Virus record (IMG/VR): IMGVR_UViG_3300020469_000029
Origin: an uncultured virus (IMG/VR IMGVR_UViG_3300020469_000029)
Lineage: Duplodnaviria; Heunggongvirae; Uroviricota; Caudoviricetes; Kyanoviridae
Reading direction: 5' to 3' (one strand)
Length of the DNA stretch: 20,000 nucleotides
In this document: one piece after another, positions 1 through 8,213 of the stretch
Layout of the letters: every line of letters starts with the position of its first letter
How positions within the stretch are numbered: position 1 is the first letter of the stretch
The notes under the pieces: model-generated
Told to the model about the DNA's origin: nothing
Database searches by the model: none
Seen by the model: only the letters and a program-made list of their open reading frames with translations
Translations under genes and position numbers: made by a program

Positions 1-2220
1 GCTGACGTTAGCACATTAAATCTTACATCTAACGCTAACATCTCTGGATCTATTATCGTTAACACCAGCAAGTTTATTGTTGCAGGTGCTTCTGGTAATA
101 CTACTATCGATGGTACATTGGATGTTGCTGGTGCAACTACTATAGATGACACTCTTAATGTCACACAAAATGTAGACCTTGATTCTAATCTTAATGTAGA
201 TGGTAATGCTCAGATAGATGGCACACTTACTGTTGATACAACCTCACTATTAAAAGACAGTGTTGTATTACGTGGTGGATCTAAGACTCTGAAACTACAG
301 AATGGTAGCAGCACTGATAAGATCACACTGCACTCCACATCTGGTAACGCAGAGATCACTGGTACTTCAACTCTTGGTACTCTTGACGTAACAAATAACA
401 CTACTATAGGTGGCACACTTGGTGTAACAGGTCAGATCACTGGTAATGTAACTGGTGAGTTAACTGGTAATGCTGCCACTGCATCTCTAATTGACGTTAC
501 TGAGACTGCTTCTTCTAACCTAACTTACTATCCTACTTTCGTTTCTACCACATCTGGTAACACTGAAATAAGGACAGACTCTTCAAACTTACAATACAAT
601 CCATTCTCCAATACTCTTACAGTAACTAACTTTAAGTCAACTACTGACTTTGAGATTCAGGGTAACTTAAACGTTACTGGAGCATTAACATTCTTCCAGT
701 CACAGGTTGGTAGTATTGCTAACCATACTACTGATGCTCTTGCTGAAGGATCAACTAACTTATACTATACAGCAGAGCGTGTAGATGATAGAGTTTCTAA
801 CTTAATCAATGGTGGCACAGGTATTACTGCTACCTATGATGATGCTGGTAATATGCTGACCTTGAGTGCTACTCAGTCAGATCTTAATACTGACAACTTT
901 ACTGAAGGATCAACTAATCTATTTACTACTGCTGTAAGGACAAGGACTCACTTCTCTTATGGCACAGGTATTGAATTATCTGGTGCTGGTGCTCTATCAG
1001 TCACACAGGCAGACATTAATACTGATAACGTAACTGAAGGATCTACAAATCTATTCATAACTGCTGCTAGGACTCGTGGACATTTAAGTGCTAGTGGATC
1101 ATTGGCATACAATGCTTCTACTGGTGACTTCTCATACACAACTCCAACTACTATTGCATCTCTATCCAACCATGATACAGATGATGTAGCAGAAGGATCA
1201 AGCAATAAGTATTATACAGATGAGAGAGTAGATGATAGAGTTAATGCTTTAATCATTGCAGGTACTGGTGTTACTAAGGCATACGATGATGGTGCTAATA
1301 CATATACATTATCTGTTACTCAGGCAGACGTTAATACTGACACAGTAACTGAAGGATCAACAAATCTCTTTACTACTGCTGCTAGAACAAGGACACACTT
1401 TACATATGGCACAGGTATTACACATTCGGGTGGCACACTTTCTGTTACTCAATCTGATATTGACACCGATAACGTCACAGAAGGATCCACAAATCTATTT
1501 ACAACTGCTGCTCGCACTAGAGGACATATAAGTGTCAGTGGATCGTTAGCATACAACAGTGGCACTGGTGTTATTTCATTCACACAACGCACTGATGCTG
1601 AGGTAAATACTCTTGCAGACGCAAGAATTACTGCTGCTGATACTGATGCTTTATCAGAAGGATCATCTAACCTTTACTACACAGATGCTAGAGCAGACGC
1701 ACGTATCGCTGCTGCTGACACAGATAATCTATCTGAAGGATCAACTAACCTTTACTATACTAATGCTAGAGCAGACGCAAGAATTGCTGCTGCTGATACC
1801 GATGATCTATCAGAAGGATCAAGCAATCTTTATCATACAACCGCTAGAGCACGTGCTTCCATAAGTGCTGGTGGAGATCTTGCTTATAACTCCTCTACAG
1901 GTGTGATGAGTGTTACTCTCCCAACTGTATTCTCTGGAGCATATGCTGACCTATCTGGCAAACCTACATTATTCTCTGGTGCATATGCAGATCTGACTGG
2001 CAAACCTACATTATTCTCTGGTGATTATGATGACCTATCTAACAAACCTACATTAGGTAGTGCTGCTGCAACTGCTACAACTGCATACGCTACTGCTGCA
2101 CAAGGTGCAACTGCTGACTCTGCATTACAGGCAGAGACAATTACATTAGCAACCCTTAAGTCTGTTACAGCAGCGTCTGCTGACTTTGCTGACTTCCAGA
2201 CTAGAATCGCTGCTCTATAA
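1..2220 (+). CDS. Repeat-rich fibre/virion structural protein (5' truncated; frame open from base 1)
   Basis: Frame 1 has no stop from 1 to TAA 2218-2220. T/S/G/N-rich; 9x TDxxxEGS[TS]N repeats and 3x FSGxYxDLxxKPT repeats; occupies the wac/fibritin position just upstream of g13. Confidence 0.8.
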   Translation, partial: ADVSTLNLTSNANISGSIIVNTSKFIVAGASGNTTIDGTLDVAGATTIDDTLNVTQNVDLDSNLNVDGNAQIDGTLTVDTTSLLKDSVVLRGGSKTLKLQNGSSTDKITLHSTSGNAEITGTSTLGTLDVTNNTTIGGTLGVTGQITGNVTGELTGNAATASLIDVTETASSNLTYYPTFVSTTSGNTEIRTDSSNLQYNPFSNTLTVTNFKSTTDFEIQGNLNVTGALTFFQSQVGSIANHTTDALAEGSTNLYYTAERVDDRVSNLINGGTGITATYDDAGNMLTLSATQSDLNTDNFTEGSTNLFTTAVRTRTHFSYGTGIELSGAGALSVTQADINTDNVTEGSTNLFITAARTRGHLSASGSLAYNASTGDFSYTTPTTIASLSNHDTDDVAEGSSNKYYTDERVDDRVNALIIAGTGVTKAYDDGANTYTLSVTQADVNTDTVTEGSTNLFTTAARTRTHFTYGTGITHSGGTLSVTQSDIDTDNVTEGSTNLFTTAARTRGHISVSGSLAYNSGTGVISFTQRTDAEVNTLADARITAADTDALSEGSSNLYYTDARADARIAAADTDNLSEGSTNLYYTNARADARIAAADTDDLSEGSSNLYHTTARARASISAGGDLAYNSSTGVMSVTLPTVFSGAYADLSGKPTLFSGAYADLTGKPTLFSGDYDDLSNKPTLGSAAATATTAYATAAQGATADSALQAETITLATLKSVTAASADFADFQTRIAAL
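727..1860 (+). repeat. Nine coding repeats TDxxxEGS(T/S)N(L/K)(Y/F)xTxxR
   Basis: GAAGGATC cores at 745, 904, 1036, 1192, 1351, 1480, 1657, 1735 and 1813. Confidence 0.9.
1930..2055 (+). repeat. 3x 42-bp tandem coding repeat (FSGAYADLSGKPTL)
   Basis: Units start at 1930, 1972 and 2014; the SGxYxDLxNKP motif is typical of phage fibres. Confidence 0.9.
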
Positions 2221-2224
2221 GTAA

Positions 2225-3031
2225 ATGGCAAAACCTAATTCCAAAGCTACTCTAAAAGAATATGCTCTACGCAGGTTAGGTAAACCTGTACTGGAGATCA
2301 ACGTCTCTGATGATCAATGCGATGATGCAATTGATTATACATTACAGAAATTTCAACAGTTTCATTACGATGGTGCTGAGAGAGTCTATTTAAAACACAA
2401 GATAACCCAAGCAGATCTTGATAGGAATCTTGCTGCCAATGATGATACAACTACTTCTACTGCTGGTAACTCTGAGTGGTCAGAGAGGAAGAGTTATATA
2501 GAGATACCACAGCATATACTTTCTGTTGAAGGACTATTCTCCTTTACTGATAAAGGTACCGCAAACATGTTTGATATTAGATATCAAATGCGTTTGAATG
2601 ACTTGTATGACTTTACGTCTACACAGTTTTATCATTACTACATGATACAGCAACATTTGGGATCAATTGATTTCTTATTAGAAGGTTTAAAACCTACTCG
2701 TTATGTTGCTACTCAGGATAGATTATATCTTGATATGGATTGGTCAACAGATGTCCAACTTGATACCTATATTGTTATTAAAGCATGGAGAGCACTAGAT
2801 CCTCTCACATGGACAGAGATATATGATTGTATGTGGGTCAAAGATTATACTGCTGCTAAGATTAAGAAGCAGTGGGGTAGTAATATGACTAAATTCCAAA
2901 ACGTCCAGATGCCAGGTGGTGTCACGTTAAATGGAGAAATGATTTACAACGATGCGGTGCAAGAGATTAAAGATCTTGAAGAGCAACTGCGTACAGAATG
3001 GGAAACTCCACCTCTAGACATGATAGGATAA
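2225..3031 (+). CDS. g13: Neck protein gp13
   Basis: YALRRLGKPVLEINV, FQQFHYDG and QWGSNMTKFQNVQMPGGVTLNG motifs; synteny. Confidence 0.95.
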   Translation: MAKPNSKATLKEYALRRLGKPVLEINVSDDQCDDAIDYTLQKFQQFHYDGAERVYLKHKITQADLDRNLAANDDTTTSTAGNSEWSERKSYIEIPQHILSVEGLFSFTDKGTANMFDIRYQMRLNDLYDFTSTQFYHYYMIQQHLGSIDFLLEGLKPTRYVATQDRLYLDMDWSTDVQLDTYIVIKAWRALDPLTWTEIYDCMWVKDYTAAKIKKQWGSNMTKFQNVQMPGGVTLNGEMIYNDAVQEIKDLEEQLRTEWETPPLDMIG

Positions 3032-3032
3032 C

Positions 3033-3908
3033 ATGGCTACTAACACTTATTTCTCTCAAGGTACTACAGGTGAGCAAGACTTAACACAGAGTCTTGTTAA
3101 CGAGCAGATTAAGATGTTCGGTAAAGATGTATACTATATCCCTAGGACTTTAGTAAAACAAGATACGGTCTTCGGTGAAGATACGATGTCAAAGTTTGAG
3201 GGTGCATATTTAATCGAAGCTTTTATCGAAGACAACTCAGGATTCAGAGGAGATGGTGACATGTTCTCCAAGTTTGGTGTACAAATTGCTGACCAAGCAA
3301 CCTTTGTTATATCAAGGACTCGTTTCACTGAGGCAGTTGACGATAATGCAACACTAATTGTAGAGGGTAGACCAAATGAAGGCGATCTCGTATACTTCCC
3401 TATGGCAAATAAGATCTTTGAGATCCAGTTTGTCGAATATGAAGTACCATTTTTCACGTTGGGTAAAATCTATACATGGGGATTACGATGTGAACTCTTC
3501 CAGTACAGCGACGAAGACATCGACACTGGAATCACAGAGGTTGATGCAATTGAGGTCAACTATGCCAATGCAATAAGTGTTAACGTTGCTGAAGGTGGCA
3601 GTGGAGACTTTGTTGCTGAGGAGATTATTACAGGTGGTAACACTAATGTAACTGCTACAGTTAAATCTTGGAATAGTGCCACACGTCAGTTGGTTTTATA
3701 TAATAGATCTGGTATCTTTGCTATACCTGAGACACTTACAGGTAATACATCTAGTGCTGCGTGGACAAGTGCTACATATAATACCCTAAATAATACGAAT
3801 GATGACTCTCAGTCCAACTTCGTTATCGAAACGCAGTCGGATGCTATCATTGATTTCACTGAAGGTAATCCTTTTGGTGAGTTTGGAAATAAAGGAAGTA
3901 GTATCTAA
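3033..3908 (+). CDS. g14: Neck protein gp14
   Basis: EQIKMFGKDVYYIPR, FSKFG, RPNEGDLVYFP and DFTEGNPFG motifs; follows g13. Confidence 0.95.
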   Translation: MATNTYFSQGTTGEQDLTQSLVNEQIKMFGKDVYYIPRTLVKQDTVFGEDTMSKFEGAYLIEAFIEDNSGFRGDGDMFSKFGVQIADQATFVISRTRFTEAVDDNATLIVEGRPNEGDLVYFPMANKIFEIQFVEYEVPFFTLGKIYTWGLRCELFQYSDEDIDTGITEVDAIEVNYANAISVNVAEGGSGDFVAEEIITGGNTNVTATVKSWNSATRQLVLYNRSGIFAIPETLTGNTSSAAWTSATYNTLNNTNDDSQSNFVIETQSDAIIDFTEGNPFGEFGNKGSSI

Positions 3909-4711
3909 TGTTAGGAACGTATTCATACCACGAAATTATTAAGAAGACAGTTGTTGCTTTTGGTACATTGTTCAATAATATTGAACTAAAACGTGTAGCA
4001 TCAGGAAAAACAGAGGTCATGAAAGTGCCTTTAGCATATGGTCCTCGTCAGAAATTCTTGCAGAGATTAAATCAGGTAGGTCTTAATAAGACTAGTGTCC
4101 AGATTACTCTTCCTAGAATCTCTTTTGAGATACAAGGGTTTGCATATGATGCAACTAGAAAGGTATCTCCTACTCAATACATTAGAAACACACAAGCTGA
4201 TGGTAAAGAGTTTAAATCTTTCATGCCAATACCATATAATTTGAATTTTGAATTGTCAATCATGGCAAAGAATCAAGACGATGGTCTTCAGATTCTTGAG
4301 CAGATACTCCCAGTCTTCCAACCTAGTTTTAATATTACATTAAATTTAGTATCAACTTTAGCTGAGAAGAGGGACTATCCAGTCACTTTAACTTCTATTG
4401 ATTATGAGGATGTGTATGAAGGTGACTACGATACTCGTAGGACATTGGTATATACATTACAATTTGTTGCTAAGACTTACCTATACGGTCCTGTCCAAGA
4501 CAAGTCTGGTGAGGTTATTAAGAAGGCAATTATTGACTACTCTACTAAGACTGAGTTAGCACCTAATGCACCACGTGAAGTTAGATATCAGGTCACACCA
4601 GATCCAGTCACTGCTGATGCAGATGACAATTTTGGATTTAATGAATTGACAAGTGAGTTTGTTGATTCTCAGCAATGGAACCCAACCACAGGACAAGATG
4701 AAACAGTTTGA
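3908..4711 (+). CDS. g15: Tail sheath stabiliser/terminator gp15
   Basis: FGTLFNNI, KVPLAYGP, LPRISFEI, QILEQILPVFQP and YLYGP motifs; TAATG coupling to g14. Confidence 0.95.
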   Translation: MLGTYSYHEIIKKTVVAFGTLFNNIELKRVASGKTEVMKVPLAYGPRQKFLQRLNQVGLNKTSVQITLPRISFEIQGFAYDATRKVSPTQYIRNTQADGKEFKSFMPIPYNLNFELSIMAKNQDDGLQILEQILPVFQPSFNITLNLVSTLAEKRDYPVTLTSIDYEDVYEGDYDTRRTLVYTLQFVAKTYLYGPVQDKSGEVIKKAIIDYSTKTELAPNAPREVRYQVTPDPVTADADDNFGFNELTSEFVDSQQWNPTTGQDETV

Positions 4712-5108
4712 TGGGATCGAAGAAGCTCTGGACGTTGAAACATCTATTGTTCCTAAAAAGGAGCCTAAGATGGAAATTGTACCAACGACGACTACGGAGC
4801 AACTCAAGAAAGACTATGACTACACGAGGGGCAACCTCTACTCGCTTATTGAAAAAGGTCAGGAAGCGGTGGACGGTATCCTCGAAGTGGCTCAGAGCTC
4901 TGATCAACCAAGGGCGTATGAAGTAGCAGCAACTACAATTAAAGCAGTTGCTGATGTTGCTGATAAACTTGCTGATCTTCATAAAAAAGTTGGTGAGATA
5001 GAAAATCCAAAAGGAACTATCGCAGATAAACAAGTTACTAACAACACCATGTTTGTTGGTAGCACAGCAGAACTTGCTAAATTTCTAAAACAAAAGCAAG
5101 ATAAATAA
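4698..5108 (+). CDS. g16: Terminase small subunit gp16 (probable start ATG 4698, MKQFDGIEEAL)
   Basis: DYDYTRGNLYSLIEKG, PRAYEVA and NNTMFVGSTAELAKFL motifs; AGGA upstream of 4698. Confidence 0.92.
   Translation: MKQFDGIEEALDVETSIVPKKEPKMEIVPTTTTEQLKKDYDYTRGNLYSLIEKGQEAVDGILEVAQSSDQPRAYEVAATTIKAVADVADKLADLHKKVGEIENPKGTIADKQVTNNTMFVGSTAELAKFLKQKQDK
5101..5107 (+). promoter_or_regulatory. T4-type late promoter (ATAAATA)
   Basis: gATAAATAa overlapping the g16 stop, 23 nt before the next ATG. Confidence 0.75.
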
Positions 5109-5130
5109 CATAGTAAAGGTAACTTAAACC

Positions 5131-5667
5131 ATGTCGGTATTAAATGTAATTGACACACAGACAATCAGTGCATCTGGTACTGGCTATATTGTAGTCAAGT
5201 CTGGTGTAATAAGAGTCTATAGTGCAAGTGCATCTACCATCAAGATTGATGCTGGACCTGCAATCACACTTGCAGCAGCAACACCTGAGTTGATCTCAGT
5301 TGGCAAACCAAAATCATCAAGAATTAAAGCAGCAACTGATGCTGCTGCTATGGTAGTAACCGTTGATCACGGTGGCACACCAGCACACACTTTTGCAGTA
5401 GGAGATTATGTCGCTACTGTTGATGGTGGTGATACTGATGGATTTGTTGCAGCGTTTGAAACTGCTGCCTCTGCTGGAAAAAAAGTAACTGCAATCTCAG
5501 ATACTACTATCACAACTGACTACGATTCATCTTCTGCCTCTGCTGACTATGCAGTGTCTTCTGCTGATGTCATTGCTGGTACACTCCCACAAATACAGAA
5601 AGCAGTCTTGCTTACTGCTGGTGGTGCTGATGTAGTAGTAGAGCAAGTCCAAATTGTAGGTGGCTAA
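5131..5667 (+). CDS. Hypothetical beta-rich protein, probable virion structural component
   Basis: 178 aa, A/S/T/V/G-rich, directly behind a late promoter. Confidence 0.75.
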   Translation: MSVLNVIDTQTISASGTGYIVVKSGVIRVYSASASTIKIDAGPAITLAAATPELISVGKPKSSRIKAATDAAAMVVTVDHGGTPAHTFAVGDYVATVDGGDTDGFVAAFETAASAGKKVTAISDTTITTDYDSSSASADYAVSSADVIAGTLPQIQKAVLLTAGGADVVVEQVQIVGG

Positions 5668-5668
5668 C

Positions 5669-7411
5669 GTGTCAAACCCTAAAGGTAAATCTGCAGCTCA
5701 TCGATCCTTCTCTAAGAAGAAGAATCCTGCTATTGATAGACTTAATACTAGACAACATACTAGTGTTGGTTTAGCAGCAGAAGCAAGAGTTGCTAATTCT
5801 GATAGAGGTCTTACAGCAGTTGCTAGTGTAGGTCGCCAAGCGAAAGCAGGTAACGTAAACCGTAAAGGTAAATCAGTTACTGGTGGTGCAGCTATGGGTG
5901 GTATGAATATCCGTGGTGCTGGCGGTATTGGAAAGTCTAAACCAAAAAACGTTGAGACTATTAATAAAAAGTATAAGAAACAAGTTTCTTCTGACAGAAA
6001 AGCAGCTGCTAAGGAGAGAGCATCCATGAGGTCTAAAGGTATGAAGTATGAAACCGTACAGTCTTTCGGACAATTCTTAGAAAAGACTTGTTGGAAAGGT
6101 TACAAGCGTAAACCTGGTACCAAGAAGTTTGCACCTGGCTCTTGTGTAAAAGAGGAAGGGTATGATAGAATGAGGGATGACCGTTTAGTGAAGTATGGTG
6201 CTGGTGGTAACAGTAAACCTTCAGTTAGTCGTGCACCTAAGACAAACGCAAAAGGTAAAACCAATTTCCAAAAACAAGCTGAGAAAGAGCATGGTAAGGG
6301 TGTAACCGCACTTGATATTGTTAAAAAAAACATTGAAAAGAAACACGGTAAAGGAGCTATTATGAAAAATGAAGAAGTAATCAGTGAGTTATCATCTGAT
6401 ACCTTACAAAAAGCATCTAAGGCTGCTGACATAGACCGTGGTAAGAAAGCGGTTGCTGGCGATAAGGAAGGTGCTAAGAAGAGAGTTAAGCAAGCATCTC
6501 GTTTCTTTAAAGCTGCATCTTCAAAGCGTAAGGAAGAAGCAAAAGAAGGTACTGCATATGGTATTACCAAAGGAGATGGTAAGGCAAAAGGTGTGATGAA
6601 AGATTATCTTGATAAGAAAGCAAAGAAATTATCAGACGAAAAGAAAAAACAAAAACCTGAATATAAAAATAATCCTGCATTTGGTGATGCATCACATCAT
6701 TCAAATGCTAAGAGCAAGAATGAAGAGTATACAGTTACCAATGCTGACAAGAAAGGTAACACACCTGCATACCAAGGTTACAAAGCTGGTAAGAAAAATG
6801 CTAAGACGGGCAAACCTCTATACAAAGCTGCTGATCATATGAAAGAGGATGGGACAAGACCTCACCCAGATGGACAGTGGGAGTATCATGAGAAGGAAGG
6901 TCTAAGGACATTCAAGGATTTCGTGCAAGAAGGTAACCCTACTACTCGTATGTTGAGTAAGTCTAAGTCACAACAAACTGGAAACATTAGTGCTGATAGG
7001 GGTACAGACGCAAAAAAGAATAAAGAGTCCCGTAAGGGGCTCGAAAAAGACCTAAAGAAGAAAGGTATCGGATACAAGAAAGGTACTGGTGAATATAAAT
7101 ATGATGATGGATCAAAGGGACGTGAAGTTTCGTATCAAACATCACCTGCAAAGGGTATGAGTAAGAGACGTTTTGGTAAAACAATGCGTCGTCTAGGTAG
7201 GAAGCATGGACAAGAGTCTGTTATTACTAAGGACAAAAACAAACCAGCACGTTTACATGACACTGAGTCTAAGAAACCAGGTAAGTCAGTAAACATAGGT
7301 AAGTCTAAACCTGGTAAGCATCCTTCTGGTCAGGGAGAAACTTCTGGCACTAAGGTCAGAGGTAAGAAATTATCTAAGACAACCAATAAACCAAGTTATC
7401 ACTATGGCTGA
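5669..7411 (+). CDS. Lys-rich modular protein, putative capsid-internal polyprotein with C-terminal SAM-lyase-like domain (start GTG 5660 or 5669)
   Basis: ~580-aa open frame, very K-rich. Internal VQSFGQFLE and LRTFKDFVQE motifs; CWKGY..CVKEE module; C-terminal ISADR..N..R..GxY..E..GQESVI pattern. Confidence 0.7.
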   Translation: MSNPKGKSAAHRSFSKKKNPAIDRLNTRQHTSVGLAAEARVANSDRGLTAVASVGRQAKAGNVNRKGKSVTGGAAMGGMNIRGAGGIGKSKPKNVETINKKYKKQVSSDRKAAAKERASMRSKGMKYETVQSFGQFLEKTCWKGYKRKPGTKKFAPGSCVKEEGYDRMRDDRLVKYGAGGNSKPSVSRAPKTNAKGKTNFQKQAEKEHGKGVTALDIVKKNIEKKHGKGAIMKNEEVISELSSDTLQKASKAADIDRGKKAVAGDKEGAKKRVKQASRFFKAASSKRKEEAKEGTAYGITKGDGKAKGVMKDYLDKKAKKLSDEKKKQKPEYKNNPAFGDASHHSNAKSKNEEYTVTNADKKGNTPAYQGYKAGKKNAKTGKPLYKAADHMKEDGTRPHPDGQWEYHEKEGLRTFKDFVQEGNPTTRMLSKSKSQQTGNISADRGTDAKKNKESRKGLEKDLKKKGIGYKKGTGEYKYDDGSKGREVSYQTSPAKGMSKRRFGKTMRRLGRKHGQESVITKDKNKPARLHDTESKKPGKSVNIGKSKPGKHPSGQGETSGTKVRGKKLSKTTNKPSYHYG

Positions 7412-7520
7412 AGAAAGAAGAAAGAAGTGTAAGTACTGCGGACTTACAGCACCATTAGGTCATCCAAGACCATACACATGGATTGAGAAGCACGAAAAAA
7501 ACTGTGCTGCAAGGAGTTAA
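7404..7520 (+). CDS. 38-aa putative C2HC zinc-finger mini-protein
   Basis: Manual translation MAEERRKKCKYCGLTAPLGHPRPYTWIEKHEKNCAARS; overlaps the upstream stop and ends 3 nt before the next ATG. Confidence 0.7.
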   Translation: MAEERRKKCKYCGLTAPLGHPRPYTWIEKHEKNCAARS

Positions 7521-7523
7521 ATT

Positions 7524-7763
7524 ATGCCACCATTACATATGAGAGAACAATTATTACGTGCTGTATTAGCACATGCACAGGGTGAAATTGAAAAGCATAA
7601 GGTAAATGTTAATGTTTATCTTGAGCATCCTGTAGGTATCGGAGAGCACTCTGATATTACTGAAGCAATTCAAGGTGAGTTGGACAAGATTGCTAGATAC
7701 CAAGATCAAGTGGAAGTTATTAATAAATATTTCAGAGGACCATCGCAGAATCTTAACGGGTGA
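7524..7763 (+). CDS. Hypothetical helical protein (start 7524 or 7539)
   Basis: 79-aa ORF with a PVGIGEHSDI loop between two predicted helices; tight gene packing. Confidence 0.8.
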   Translation: MPPLHMREQLLRAVLAHAQGEIEKHKVNVNVYLEHPVGIGEHSDITEAIQGELDKIARYQDQVEVINKYFRGPSQNLNG

Positions 7764-7900
7764 ATGATAAGAAGGCAGCAAAGAAGTTAATCAAGGCAGC
7801 AAAGAAGCATCCTGACTGGTATTCCAAGAGGGAAATTTACTATGCAAAGCAGGTTAGGAAAGCAATACGAGAAGAGGAAAAAGAAGACAAAAAAGTATAA
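7760..7900 (+). CDS. 46-aa basic hypothetical protein
   Basis: Manual translation MNDKKAAKKLIKAAKKHPDWYSKREIYYAKQVRKAIREEEKEDKKV; GTGA overlap with the upstream gene. Confidence 0.7.
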   Translation: MNDKKAAKKLIKAAKKHPDWYSKREIYYAKQVRKAIREEEKEDKKV

Positions 7901-7903
7901 ATA
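7896..7903 (+). promoter_or_regulatory. T4 late promoter, perfect TATAAATA
   Basis: Exact T4 gp55 consensus overlapping a stop codon, 32 nt before ATG 7936. Confidence 0.8.
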
Positions 7904-7935
7904 CTTAGACTTCGACGATTGGGATTGAAATAATC

Positions 7936-8103
7936 ATGCCCCAGACTAAGTATACCGTGGGATACCACGATGCAGCATTAAATCATTATGAGATATGTGA
8001 GTATGCGATAGACGCATATGAAGCAATTCAACACAGCAAGGAGGATGTCCCTGAATTAGGGGAGCATCCTCATTTTATTGACTATGCGACGGTGGAAAGA
8101 TGA
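7936..8103 (+). CDS. 55-aa His/Tyr/acidic hypothetical protein
   Basis: Manual translation MPQTKYTVGYHDAALNHYEICEYAIDAYEAIQHSKEDVPELGEHPHFIDYATVER; ATGA overlap with the next ORF. Confidence 0.75.
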   Translation: MPQTKYTVGYHDAALNHYEICEYAIDAYEAIQHSKEDVPELGEHPHFIDYATVER

Positions 8104-8213
8104 GCACTATAACTAAAAATAAACATGAGATAATGTGGTGGATGAGTAGACTCACCATCATGGGTGTCTCTCTATCAATGGCAGTAGCACTTGCTGCAAC
8201 TGCTTGGGTCTAA
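8100..8213 (+). CDS. 37-aa small membrane protein
   Basis: Manual translation MSTITKNKHEIMWWMSRLTIMGVSLSMAVALAATAWV; coupled by ATGA upstream and TAATG downstream. Confidence 0.7.
   Translation: MSTITKNKHEIMWWMSRLTIMGVSLSMAVALAATAWV

Noticed and set aside
727..2055. Possible CRISPR-like or non-coding repeat array
   Set aside because: The repeats are in-frame, vary at synonymous positions and lie within a CDS; no cas genes are present.
4653..4697. Extended N-terminus of gp16 in the ORF track
   Set aside because: It lies inside g15; ATG 4698 with AGGA upstream is more plausible.
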